The notes under the pieces were generated by a model. That model was given only the letters and a program-made list of their open reading frames with translations. It was not told where the DNA came from and made no database searches. Of a stretch of DNA of 64,000 nucleotides, positions 25,952-38,300 are shown piece by piece. A program made the translations under genes and the position numbers. Position 1 is the stretch's first letter; each line of letters begins with the position of its first letter. This DNA is from Oikopleura dioica (Eukaryota > Animalia > Chordata), in contig OU015569.1 in the NCBI GenBank assembly GCA_907165135.1, positions 12,214,001-12,278,000 on the forward strand, in the 5' to 3' direction.

Positions 25952-26800
25952 TTAGTCCAAAGCCATCTCGTCGTGTTCAGTTCCGAAAACTGGTGGCGGG
26001 GCGAAGATCTCGTCAAAGGCGGCGGAAACCGCGGCAGGGTCTGTGTCGGCAGCGTTGAGGATCGCGTCGAGCTCGTGTTCAAACTGGTCCGCTTGGAATT
26101 GAGCCTCTTCTTCGGGGCTTGGCATCAGCGGCGAGTTCTCTTCCCAGTTGATGGAGAGACGAGTCACGCGGGGGTTGTCGCACACCAGCCGGCGGAGCTC
26201 TTCGATCACGGGCATTTCTGAAGTCGGCAGTTAAAGTCAGTTCTTTGAATTCAGCTCAAGCAAAAATATCTTGTTACCTGGGGGCTCGTTTCGCATCTCT
26301 TCAGTCTTGTACTCGTTGTTGATATAGTAGCCGATGCGGATGAACTCTTGTTCGAGGTAGAAGACTCTGAGGAGGACGACAGTGACACCGACGATCTCGG
26401 CGGCTGGAAGCCTGGTTGGATCTGGGCCGGGAACTTCGAGGATGAACTCGTGGGTTCCCTTCGTGATTGGGCCGGTGCAGAGCTCGTCGAGCTCCTGATC
26501 TTGGGTGGAACTGAGCGACGAGCCCACGTAGATCACGCGCCAGTCTAGATCTGCCACGAGATCTTCATGACACTCAAAGCGTATCTTGAAGCGGAAGGGA
26601 TCGCAGACCTTTAATATGGGCTCGGCAATCCGTAGAAAGCCTGAGTCACGGTCCTCAAAGAACTTTCATTTACAGCCGCGTATTCTAACAGCTAATTTTT
26701 AATTAGGACTCAGGTTTCTACTCAGTTTGTCGAGCCCTGCCTTGAAATCGACGCCGGGTTCGGAAAGGACCTCGATTGCGGTGATCTGTACCTTGGCCAT
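25952..26800 (-). CDS. ASF1: Histone chaperone ASF1 (exons 26800-26741, 26608-26278, 26217-25952)
   Basis: MAKVQI...PFRFKIRFEC...LDWRVIYVGS...VGVTVVLL...QEFIRIGYYINNEY...NPRVTRLSINWE. The first intron is a GC-AG MITE intron. Confidence 0.95.
26617..26739. mobile_element. MITE-A copy forming ASF1 intron 1 (26609-26740, GC-AG)
   Basis: On the minus strand: TTTCAAG|G CAGGGCTCGAC ... GCCGAGCCCAT ATTAAAG|G. Degenerate TSD TTTCAAGG / ATTAAAGG (6/8 identical). Confidence 0.88.
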
Positions 26801-27142
26801 TGCTTTTGAGTTTCTTTAGTCGACAAAGATCCGGGAAGAAAAAGACGAGCAGGGGGAACTGAACGCGAGGGAGAGAGCTGTCTGAAACGAATACAATTTT
26901 AGACAAAAAGTACATGTGAATATTAAATAACGAGATGAAGAGAAACAATAACGTACAGTGGATACTTTCCGTAATTACTTAAGTTTTCGTGAAAATAACA
27001 TGCGAAAAGAAAAGTGAAAGTTAAATCGCATCGAGCAAAAAATACATACAAGTTCGTTGAAGAGTGAAAAAAGTGGAAGATTTTAAGGTAAAGCGGATTT
27101 TAGTCTGGTGCAAGTGGTGAAGAAAAATGATGGAAAAAGGAA

Positions 27143-27287
27143 GACTACTGCACACTGGGCACGACAAAATGTGAAGAAACCTGTGTTTGGTTTTGAAGAG
27201 ATTAAATGTGAAGCCGCGTACCTAACCTGACAGTCAGGTTACCTGACTCAGGTGTCTACACAGGTTGCCGAGCTCTGTGCAGTAGTC
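27143..27287. mobile_element. Degenerate MITE-A with 12-bp inverted flanks
   Basis: GACTACTGCACA-CTGGGC ... GCCGAGCTC-TGTGCAGTAGTC. Confidence 0.7.
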
Positions 27288-27337
27288 GTTTGTGGAATGA
27301 AGCATGAGTATTGAGTAAGTAATCGAAAAACGAGTAG

Positions 27338-29184
27338 CTAGCTGTCTATCATGTCGCGCGCGTAACGAGAGTCAAAATCGACAATTTCTTCGGCCGCGTC
27401 GATCGATGAACACGTGACAATCTTCTGGTAAAACTTGGCGGAAACGAAGGGACGCACCACTGCTAGCGATAGACGCGTCCACCAGGTCGGTTCCACCACC
27501 ACGAATTGACGAAGCGACTTCCGCAGTGGCCTGCTGATCAGTCGGTAACAATCGCGCAGCTAAAAATAGCGAAATAGAATAAAAAGTCGGATAAAAGTTA
27601 ATAAGTTCGAGTCTCAAAGGGCGAGTTCACCTGAATCGGGGTAAGTTCTGAGGCCAAAAGCTCACCTTGACAGAGAGTGAAGCAGTTTTGAGTACTTTTA
27701 AGTACGGTATAGAAGTATTAGGGACCGAAGCCCCTTGCATTGGTTAAGATGGAAGGGGCGAAGCTCCCAGGGTAAGGATAGCCTTTTCCGGAAGGTAAGA
27801 GTGTACTAGCGGAGCCCTAGAACAGTCCTACGCCCCGAATAAGTGACATGACATGTCGTGGACTCGGTATCCTGTGCATAAATCTAATTCAGGGTCTACA
27901 AAATTCTACAAAGTCCGTCAGGACCCTGACTCAGGTTTTTACAAAGCCTTTCCGAGCCCAAGACGTGTCTTCCCTACTAAATAAAAGACTACTTTGATGT
28001 CTTCTACGTACCCATTTTAGCGGTGGAAGTGTTCCCTCGCGAGTAAAGACGAGTAAGCAATACGAATCAGCAACCAAATTAGAAATTTCCAGCAAAAAGT
28101 GAAGAAATAGATGATGCATGATCTTGGCGTAGTTGGGCTCCGTCTTGAGCGGCAATTTCCGCGCTTGGAAGACGATCACTGCCGATAGACCTAAAACTCG
28201 TTAATTTTTAGCTGAAGAGCGGGCTCTTTACCTTCTCTGGTGTAGCCAGCGTGTTGTAAAACGTCCAAGTAGGGAGCAATGACGGAGCAGTTAATCTTGT
28301 ATTCCTTCCCGTTTATTACGATTTTCTGCACTTGGCTCTGGAAGTCGTGCGACGAACTAATCGAAAATTAGCTACTCTTCTTTTTTAAAAATTGACAAAT
28401 ATTTGACTTGCTAGAATTTTACTAGTCTCTCAGACAAAATTAAAACTATTCTCCGTTATTACTATACCTAGCAGTAGACAAGGGCGTGTCAATAAGGGAG
28501 TCGTCCCACTCAAGCTCCAGTTGCTCGTCCCAGTTGGAATCGATCTCTTCATCTTCGTCTGAGAAAAAATAAATTTTGATTAATTCTGTGATTGCGACTG
28601 AGCAAATTGCAATCAGCGGAATCTGATTCTTCTAGCGCACGTAGGCGGCCGAGGAACCGACGAATTAGGAACTCCCACGCGGCCACGTGAGCAGCGGAAA
28701 AAAGAAAAACATCCCCGGCAGCGCGCGGTGGGAAAAACACGCGCGCCGCGGGGGATTTTTCGATAATTACAACCTTATTTTACGATTTTAGAAATTTACA
28801 CTTTAAAATTTCAATTTTAGTTTAACCTAAAAAATTAAGGATAAGTTAAACTTACAACAATTTTATTTAATAATAATAAAAATTCATTTTTCACGGATAT
28901 TTTTAATAGAATTAATTAATAAAGGGACTCTGAAAGGTTTTCTGCGCTGATTGTCGAGCCCAGCATATTTTTACCTGAAGACATATTCTCCAGAAGCTCG
29001 TTGATCGTGTCGGTGGTGATGATTTGATTCCCTTCCGGGCTCTTGGGGAATTCTTCGTCATCGAAGAAGAATTCATCAACCGAGCCCTTGCGGAATTCTT
29101 CGGAGCCAATTCGAATTTGTCGTCTTCCGGAACTGCTGGTCGCTCCTAGCGTTCGCCCAGAGAGCTCTCTCTTCTTGAGCTCAT
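27338..29184 (-). CDS. BCH (BNIP2/caytaxin/PRUNE2-type CRAL-TRIO-like) domain protein
   Basis: ELEWDD; INCSVIAPYLDVLQHAGYTREGLSAVIVFQARKLP; HHLFLHFLLEISNLVADSYCLLVF; KW|LRDCYRLISRPLRKSLRQFVVVEPTWWTRLSLAVVRPFVSAKFYQKI, matching the caytaxin BCH pattern. All introns are GT-AG. Confidence 0.88.
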
Positions 29185-29432
29185 TTTTGAGCTTTTTCGA
29201 ACTTTTCTAAAAAGTGAATAGTTTAGTGTCAATATAAGAAGAATACACAGTTGAACATTCAAGCTTTTTTACATGATGGTCATAATTATTTCTGATTTCA
29301 AAGGACTCATTGCAGGAAATACAAGTAAAGTCTTTGAATTGAATGCGCATGTAATTTTCGATCCCGCTTTCGTGATGACTGCAATGATTCTAACGATCTC
29401 CGTGAAACATAGTCTTGTGCTTCCGTGTAGTA

Positions 29433-29636
29433 CAGTGGTATGAGCGGTTTCCGCACCCCTACGATTTTTAAAATTACACAGTAAATTAAAAAAACTCTAT
29501 TTATTGTATTTTTCCCTAATAGAAAATGGCGTGAAAATTTCATTACTGGAAACAGAAATCGAATATCATATCTGAATCAAAAGATATGAATTTTTAAAGG
29601 CGAAAAATAGGGGTGCGGATACCGCTCATACCACTG
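29433..29636. mobile_element. Tc1/mariner-type MITE
   Basis: TIRs CAGTGGTATGAGCGGT.TCCGCACCCCT / AGGGGTGCGGATACCGCTCATACCACTG, flanked by TA on both sides. Confidence 0.88.
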
Positions 29637-30561
29637 TATGCAACGAATTGTCGCAAGGATAATTTCCGTAAGCGTGCTTATCTAGGCTGGGCGGTCCGCG
29701 CAGGAAACTTTAGTCAGGGTTTAAAGAGCTAAAATGAAAAGCCGTGAAGCATTAGCATATGAGTTTATTGTTGATTTCTAGCGAAGGCGCTTTGCGGCTT
29801 GGTTCATGAAAAAGCCGCTACGCGGCTTCTCGTTTTCGCTCTTCAGGACCTGACTCAGGTTTTTACACAGGTTGCCGAGCCAATAAATAATCGTTTGACC
29901 TTGTAGTTGCTCAAAAGTTTATTGGCAATAAGTTCTGCACAATGCAACTGAAACACTGCTTGAAAATGGAGTAAAGCTTGCTTGAGACTGCGTATTTGTT
30001 TTAATTCCCTGCAAAAAATGAGACGAGTCTTTTGTTGGCGGTGGTTCTCCAGGTGTATTTTAATGAGCCATAAGAGAGCGATATAAGAAGTCTGAGACGA
30101 GAGAGAGTGGGAGCTAATTCAGGCGCCGGTTCTGTACTTTTCAAGCACAAAGAACGTGGCAAACGATTAGCTACAGTAAGACCACAACAGGGGCAGTTCG
30201 TATAATTTCCGCAGTCAGAGTCAGAGAGTCAAATGAACGCTTTTTGTAAAGAGAAAATAATGAGTAAAGCGCATGCAGTCCGCGCAGGAAAAGAGGTTTT
30301 CAAGGTGGAAACAGTTTCACGAAAAAACGAGCACAGTAATAATTGTTATTGTAGAAAAACATGTCAGTAACTTACACCAAGAAAAAGGAACACAAGGGGA
30401 AGTCTCTTCCTTGATTTCAAAAAAGTTTGAAAAATTTCAAAATTTCTGAAATCGAAGAAGAGAACCCCGGCTGTTCTCGTTCTTCTTGACTCTAAGGCCC
30501 TCATCAACTGTAATAAGAGAGCTAGAAAAGAAGTTAAGAGACAGTTTATAATTATTGCAGC

Positions 30562-32001
30562 CAGGGATGTGGATCAGCAAAAATTTTCCTTTGTTTTGCG
30601 CTGCGATTGCGGAAAATTTTCGAACTTATTTTGCGCTGTTTTGCGCTGCGGAATCCGAAAATCGCGCAATTTGCGGAATTTTGCGCTGTTTTGCGGAAAA
30701 TCAAAATTTGTTGATTTTGCGAAAATTTTGCGGATTTTGCGCTTTTTGCGGAATTGCGGATCGCGCAGATGACACGCAATTTGCGTAATTTTGCGAAATT
30801 TGCGGGATTTTCGCGCATTTTGCGGAAATTTGCGGATTTTGCGGGATTTTCGCGGATTTTGCGAAAATCTGCGAAGGGCCGTCAAGCCCCTTAAATTTAG
30901 AAATCAAGGAACGGGGCTGAAACGGCCCGAAGGGCCGTCAAGCCCCTTAAATTTAGAAATCAAGGAACGGGGCTGAAACGGCCCGAAGGGCCGTCAAGCC
31001 CCTTAAATTTAGAAATCAAGGAACGGGGCTGAAACGGCCCGAAGGGCCGTCAAGCCCCTTAAATTTAGAAATCAAGGAACGGGGCTGAAACGGCCCGAAG
31101 GGCCGTCAAGCCCCTTAAATTTAGAAATCAAGGAACGGGGCTGAAGCGGCCCGAAGGGCCGTCAAGCCCCTTAAATTTAGAAATCAAGGAACGGGGCTGA
31201 AACGGCCCGAAGGGCCGTCAAGCCCCTTAAATTTAGAAATCAAGGAACGGGGCTGAAACGGCCCGAAGGGCCGTCAAGCCCTTAATTTTAGAAATCAAGG
31301 AACGGGGCTGAAACGGCCCGAAGGGCCGTCAAGCCCCTTAAATTTAGAAATCAAGGAACGGGGCTGAAACGGCCCGAAGGGCCGTCAAGCCCCTTAAATT
31401 TAGAAATCAAGGAACGGGGCTGAAACGGCCCGAAGGGCCGTCAAGCCCCTTAAATTTAGAAATCAAGGAACGGGGCTGAAACGGCCCGAAGGGCCGTCAA
31501 GCCCCTTAAATTTAGAAATCAAGGAACGGGGCTGAAACGGCCCGAAGGGCCGTCAAGCCCCTTAAATTTAGAAATCAAGGAAAAATTGAATTATCACCCA
31601 GCAAAATTCTATCGAACAGTCTGGTTTTTTGTCGGCAAAATGACTGTTCGGTTAACTTCGAGATCGGACGGTTTTATGTCGGGTGATTTTTCAGTTTTTC
31701 TTCCGCAAATTACCGCCGAAGTTGTGAATGCGATGATGAATGAGGATTTGATTCGTAAATCTTCACAATTAATACCAAAAATGTAGAAATTATATGCCAA
31801 ATCCCGCAAAATTGCATTTTGCGGACTGAAAATGTATTGAGATTTTGTGGAATTTTCGCGCAAAATGCGCTTTTGCGCGCAATTTTGCGGAAAAATTGCG
31901 GAAATTTTTCGGGCTGATTTTGCGCTGTTTTGCGCTGCAGAATGAAAAATCCCGCATTTTGCGCTGTTTTGCGGATTTTGCGCTGCGGATCCACATCCCT
32001 G
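30562..32001. mobile_element. Non-autonomous hAT-type element (1440 bp) with TTTTGCG subterminal repeats and an internal tandem array
   Basis: TIRs CAGGGATGTGGATC.GCA / TGCGGATCCACATCCCTG; perfect 8-bp TSD ATTGCAGC at 30554-30561 and 32002-32009; no transposase ORF. Confidence 0.92.
30874..31582. repeat. Tandem array of about 12.6 copies of a 56-bp unit
   Basis: Unit AAGGGCCGTCAAGCCCCTTAAATTTAGAAATCAAGGAACGGGGCTGAAACGGCCCG, starting at 30874, 30930, 30986 and so on. Copies are nearly identical. Confidence 0.97.
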
Positions 32002-33116
32002 ATTGCAGCTAGTACCTTGGCGAAAGTGAGAAAAAGAGGAAAATGATGAATTTTCAAACATGGAAAATGGAAATTGGGAAAATCGGAAATGGAGAAATTG
32101 CGGACTGCTGCCGTTTTTTTTAATTTTTAGTCTGTTTATTTGTTTGTTACCGTAATTTGTCAACGAGTGAGTGAACAAATCGGTTCGAGAACGTAAACTT
32201 CAACTTTGAAATGCACGGCTGGTTGAATGAAATTGAATAAAATTTTGTGATCAAAAATTACACGATTGAAGAATTGAAACTAGCTCCTGGTTAGAGCGCT
32301 TAATAATATCGTCTCTACCCAGGCGCTCGGGTAAACTTTTCTAAAGAGACACTGTTGAGACAAAATTCAATATTATTTAATACCGGCAAATGCGCTAATG
32401 TACTGAGCCAATGAATGCCCTAACCATCGGCTGCTGCTCTCTTTCTGGAAAAGCTGGGCTCAGCAACCTGTGTAGAAAGCTGAGTCAGAGTCACGAAAAA
32501 GAACCCTGAGTCAGTTTTCCGCACTGGTTGCCGAGCCCAGCTGCCTAGAAAAGAAAGCTGGGCCGATCGAGAAGACACTGGATGGCGCCTGTGCCTGAAA
32601 GCACAAGCTGGGACCATCCACTGATGATGTAGATCTAGAACGGCGGGCCAAGCAAGCTCGAAGACCGTGCCTGGCCCGATCAAAAGGCAACACATAGTAT
32701 GAAAGCTTGTGGTTCATCAAATCGCTTTGGGCAATCTGAAAAAGTGACGCCGTTTCGGTGCAAAAACGCAAGTTCCAAAAAAAAAGAGTCAAAAGTCGCG
32801 AAATTTGCAAAAGTCAAATTAGTTCTTGCACCGAAAGGCGGCGACCAGGAGGTTCTAGAGTTCACTAGAATCTACTTCTTGATCGTCTTGATGGAAAAAT
32901 AGAGTAATTCAGTTAATAAATTAATTAAAATTTTCTTCTGCTGGCAAAAACACTGATCGAGAGTCGGGTCGATAGAAAGGACCCAAAATAGAGAAAAAAA
33001 GGGAAAATTGTGAGTAAAGAAAGAGAGTCTGAAAAAAGGGAGTTTGAAAGGACGGGATTTTAATCGGGGTGATGGGAGGGTTTTACTTCTTGATGGTTCG
33101 GAAACGCGTTCTTGGT

Positions 33117-33908
33117 TTAGTCGCGTTTGGCGTGGTCGACACGGAGTTGACGGCCGTTGAAGTCGTGTCCGTTGAGACTGTCGATCGCTGCTTGGCAAGA
33201 CGACTCCTCGGCGAACTCGCAGAAGCCCATTCCTGAAGAAAAGATGTTAGGGAGGCCTCTTAGAGTTAGAGAAAGGCGTCCGGGCTTGGCTACCTGTTTG
33301 AAACCCTGAGTCAGGAGTCTGAAAGAGGTTTGACTAAAAGCCGCGAATTAAAACTCTTTCAGAAATCTGACTCAGGTTTCCAAACAGGTTCCTGAGCCCA
33401 GAAGGTTGCCTTCGCTTACCTCTGGATCGGCCAGTCTCGCGATCAACGAGGATTCTGAATTTGACGACTTGTCCGTGTGCGCTGAACAGATCGGCGAGGT
33501 CGTTTTCTTGGGCGCTCCATGGGATGTTACCGACGAAGACGGAAGGGCCATTGGATCGGCCGCCGCCGCCTCCTCCGCCACCGCCGTAGCCGCCTCGGCC
33601 GCCACCGCGTCCACCTCCTCGGCCTCCGCTGAAAATATAACTGTTAGTGGTGTGTCTTCGTTTTAAAGAACGTACCCGTATCCGCCGCCGTATCCTCCGC
33701 CACCGCGGTCGCCTCCGTAGCTTCGGCCACCTCCGTAGCCGCCTCGACCGCCGCCGTAGCCACCGCCTTGGCCGCCGCCGTAGCCACCGCCTTGGCCACC
33801 ACCGTAGCCGCCCTGGTCGTAGCCGCCACCGCCGCGGCCGCCTCCGTAGCCACCGCCGCCGTAGCCGCCCTGATCACCGCCGTAGCCGCCTTGGTCACCC
33901 CCGTACAT
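33117..33908 (-). CDS. Glycine-rich RNA-binding protein (GYGG/RGG N-terminus, C-terminal RRM)
   Basis: RNP2 VFVGNI and RNP1 RGMGFCEF, ending LNGHDFNGRQLRVDHAKRD*. Three exons with GT-AG introns, the second containing a MITE-A (about 33280-33401). Confidence 0.92.
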
Positions 33909-34978
33909 GTCTAAAACTGACGAAAGTGTTACTTTTTGGGAAGAAAAAAATAAGTAAAAGAAAATTTTGAAAAATAATTATAAATAGAGAACTTCCTCTG
34001 AACCCCTTACTAACATCCAATTACTGTTAATTACAGTAGTACTGAATTATTTATTTTGAAATTGAAATTTTCAAAAAATAGAAAAAATAGATTTTTAAGG
34101 AAAATAAATTTCTAGAAAAATAATATTTTCGGAAATAAACGTTTTAAATGCAAGAATTGAGTACTACTCAATGAATAGTACTGTAACTGACAGAATCATG
34201 AGTGGGAAGTAGAAAGGAAGATTTCTTCTGTAAAATCTCTAGATTCATTTTTGATGGCGCTGGCTCTTTTGCCACACGCGGATGACTCGGGGCACGTCAC
34301 TTTTAGAGCTTTTTGGCCAATCGAATCGGTCGATTTAAACTGGACTCGAATCGAACCACGACTGACTCATTTCACTTTCAGCGCTTTTCGTGTACTTTTC
34401 ATTATTTTTTCTCTGAAAGGATTATTTCTAAATTTATCTTTGGTCGTTTTTTAGTTACAGTAATTCATGACTCAGATTCATAAAAAGATAAAGGCAAGTA
34501 AGGGATGCAAAGTTGAACTCTTTATTTTATGATCATTTTTTTGATACAACGATACAGGATTTTAGGATGAAAGCTTCAGTAGATAGATAAGAATAGCAGT
34601 TTTTTTACATGTGATGACTCATTTAATTTCAAGTTACAGAATGAGGATAGTAATAAAGCTTATAGACAGTTAAAAGTTGAACTACGATAGAAAAGCACCA
34701 AAGGTTGTCAAAAATCTTTAAAATTTCGGCCCAAAATTGACGATTCGAAGTCCGCGCGCCACTTTCTGATTGGCCGAAAGCACAAAATCATGGAAAATCG
34801 AGAATCTTGGGCCTAATTTCTTCAGATTTTTCGACAATTTTGTGCTGATTATTTCTAAATGGTTAATTATAGAAAGGGTCCAAAATTGTTGGCATTTTTT
34901 GAACTGAATGAACTTTTTGGAAGCTTCGATTCTTGTGACAAAAATCTAAAAATTTCAATAACACAGGTATTTGCTTGG

Positions 34979-35097
34979 CTGGGCTCAGTAACCTGCGTAG
35001 AAGACCTGAGTCAGGGCCCTGAGAGAGCTAAAATCAAAAGCCGATTTGCTCTTTTAGGACCCTGACTCAGGTTTTCTACACAGCTTGCCGAGTCCAG
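34979..35097. mobile_element. MITE-A copy with near-perfect 8-bp TSD
   Basis: TTGCTTGG / TTGCTTAG flank the TIR pair. Confidence 0.85.
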
Positions 35098-35321
35098 TTG
35101 CTTAGTGAGGATTCTAAAGGGTGATTTTTTCAATTTCGGAAGACTTTTTTCAGTTAGTCAGGTAGTGAAATAGATATTGTTGAAATAAGAATACGGATAA
35201 GATGATGAGTTTGAAAAGTGAATGAAAAAAGAAAGTGATTGAAACTTTTTGGAAATTTGGAAGAATTGGAGAATGGAACTTTTGCAAATTCAAATTTAGG
35301 ACAAGAACTTTATCTTGGAGC

Positions 35322-38300
35322 TCAGTTGCTGGTGGTTACTTTGCTGTTTGTCTGATTGAGATTTTCGATGAACTGGCGCGTCTTGGTGTTCTGGAGCAGG
35401 AAGTACTCCAGTTGGTGGAAGGAGCCTAAATGAAGATTCGTTTCAGCTTGAGTCAATTGATTCAGTGAATGGAGGTCTCAATTTTACAGGTTCATATCCA
35501 TCTGGGCTCGGCAACCTGAGTAGTAAACCTGAGTCAGGCTCTTGAAGAACTAAAATGAAAAGCCGCGTAGCGGCTTTTTTAAAAATGAAGCCGCAGTTTA
35601 AAGAAAATTTATGTAGTTTTTTTGCGAAGCCGCTTTGCGGCTTCGTTTTTAAAAAAGCCGCTGCGCGGCTTTTCATTTTAGCTCTTCCAAAGCCTGACTC
35701 AGGTTTTCTACTCAGATTGCCGAGCCCAGATATCCATGGGGCGACCCTAAGCTCTTTGGCTTACCGGTAAAGGAAAAAAGACCCTCGCAACTTGGATTCG
35801 TCGGATCTAGCGGCTGCATTTTTTCCTGAAGAATGTTCCTGTCTCCCATTTTGTTCCAATCGAGGAGGATGAGCACGCTGGACGCTTCTTCCTTTTCGTG
35901 AACACTCAGGCTTTTCTGCCCGTCGTAGAACTTTCGGACGAGATTTTCCAACTCTAGAATTCGAATTTCCCGGCGAAAGAACGTCTTATTTTTCGAACCT
36001 TTTTTCTCTTCTTGTGAATAAACGAGCTCTTTGCTGACTTCTTTCGGATGAAGTCGTTGGAAAACGCGGCAGGACTCGCAGGAGAAACTCTAAAGCAAAA
36101 TCATTGTATTCGTTCTTTTACGGAAAGAGTGGAATTCTCACATTCGAGGGTGGCTGAGGCAATTGATCATCCGTCCATTGTTTTGGAAGGGAAACGTAAA
36201 TTTCCTTCGAGCCTGTATTTCGTACGTAAATTGAGTATTCCAATTCTCTTTGAAAAGGTCTTTTCGGCTGATATTAAATTGACAAGGGTTAATTTTTTTT
36301 ATATCGGGACTCCCAATTTGGGTGCATAAAAACAGAGGTGAAGGTACAGACTTTCTTTTGGTACGAAAAATAAGGGCGTTACTATGATAACTCTTCAAGA
36401 AATAATTAACACAGTAACACCATTAATTTATTGTACCAAAGGAAAGCTTGAACGTAAACCTCTGTTTTCTGTTCCCAAGAAATCCTTAAATACTGGTCCC
36501 TATCACCTTAAGTCTGGCTTGAAAAGACCCGTTCCTTGGAGCATTTTCACTTCGCAAAGAAGCATTATGATAGCGTTCGAGTTGTTGGGCGCTCATTCGC
36601 ATTTCCACATCAAATTGACGCGACTTGCTCAGATTCGCGAACGTTTCGAAAAAGTTTTTTCTTTTTAAGAATCTCAAGAAATTTCTGCTTTGGCTTTGGA
36701 TTTTTGAAAATGGCTTTTGAATTCTTTCCTGGAATAGTTTGCGCGATAGGAGTGACAGCAGATGATGTTGTTCAGCGATTGCAGACGGCTTCTGGCGATG
36801 CATTGCTTGTGATTATCGTCGCCCGATCGGACGAGCTCGGTGCAGGCGACGAGGTCTTCGAATTCCTTGTTGATAAGCGACCACTTTCCTTCCAGCTTGT
36901 TTTTGCCGTTTGGCCAGAAATCGATGTTGTACGGGCGAACCTAGGAGGTCCTCGTTGATTTCAAAGATCGGACAATCAAGTTTTTCAAAAATCGAGAAAA
37001 TGATGATTTTCCAAAAATATTTCTGCTTGAAAATTAGCTCTTAAATTCTGGGCGACACTCAGTTTGTCGCCGACTGTCGCGGATCATCAATGAATGTCGC
37101 TAATTGTCGCCAAAGGATTAAAAAGAACAAAAACAGTGATAATAATGTTACTTTCAAAAACATGCTTCTCGCATCATTTGACGACATTCAGCGACAATCG
37201 CACTCCTTAGAGTCCCTCTGATTATGTTGCCAAAATGTCGCTTCACGTCGCTAATTTTCTAGCGACATTGAGCGACATTCGCCTACCCCTTATTCTGGGC
37301 TCGGCAACCTGAGCAAAAAACCTGAGTCAGGGTTCATAAGATAACAAACGAAAAGCCGCGAACCTTCTTTTTTTTTAAAACGAAGCCGCTTCGAAAGAAG
37401 TTAAAAATAAGATTGAGGAATAATATTGCGAAGCCGCTTCGCGGCTTCGTTTTTAAAAAAGCCGCTACGTGGCTTTTCATTTTTGATTTTTATACCCTGA
37501 CTCAGATTTTCTACTCAGGTTGTCGAGCCCAGCCCTTATTTTAAAAAATAAGAAACGTACCTTGATACTGGAGACGAGAAAATCATTGATTCCCTTTGGA
37601 AGCAATCTTGATTCGAATTCAAAAAACAAAATTCACTCAAGCTTGAAATACTAGATCATAGATTTAAATGGCGTATTTTGAACTGTGGCTTGGGACTTTG
37701 TCGATTTCGCAGAAGCCCTTCATTTCGTCGTGGAGGCGTCGGCTGCGCTGGCTCTGGCCGTTTTGATTCTGGACTTTGTAGAAGCGGATGAAGGAGAGGT
37801 GGCACCATTGCTCGTGCGAGAAAGAGGGCAGTTCCAAGCATTGTTTCAGCGCATTTTGGTTACTGGGGTGGGTAGGAGGGCTAGCGACGTAACTATGTTT
37901 ATAAAAGCGGTGCAGATTGCGCCAGTACCTGATAAGTCTATCTGTCATTGGGTTCGTTTTTCTATTGGGTTCGTAATTACAGTGATGTGGATTTATACAG
38001 TAGACGCCTCGGTTGCGCGCGGCACACTGCCACAGGTCTCGAGGGTCCAGGTCGGGGGCGATATTGGGTTCGTGGCGAACGTACTGAACACAACACATCA
38101 AAATGGAGTTAGAATTAAGGTAGATATATCTAGTGTTCTAGTAGCAACATTATCAACTTCAAATCGCATCCGGAGATCAATTTCCGGAGCTTCTCTATTT
38201 CACCACATCCTATCAAATAAGCCTAAAACTTATACTCCTGCAACTTGAAAATTAGGGTCTCAGTACCCTTATTTCGAAGAAAAAAAAAGAGAAGTTGCCA

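Noticed and set aside
30874-31582. CRISPR array
   Set aside because: Units are contiguous and nearly identical with no unique spacers, there are no cas genes, the context is eukaryotic, and the array sits inside a TIR/TSD-bounded element.
30874-31582. Hammerhead ribozyme array
   Set aside because: CTGAAAC plus a hairpin is superficially similar, but the CUGANGA...GAAA core and a cleavage triplet are absent on both strands.
30552-31996. ORFs in the hAT subtermini (30552-30907, 31609-32178 etc.)
   Set aside because: Stop-poor translations of TTTTGCG repeats, with no transposase motifs.
32420-32810. Possible exon ending at a GC donor beside the MITE-A at 32454-32540
   Set aside because: No TSD, the geometry differs from the two introner cases, and no frame gives a convincing protein.
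33280-33401. MITE-A in the RRM gene as another introner (likewise 12120, 35502, 47018, 55645, 62896)
   Set aside because: These copies lie inside longer GT-AG introns whose splice sites are independent of the TIR/TSD.
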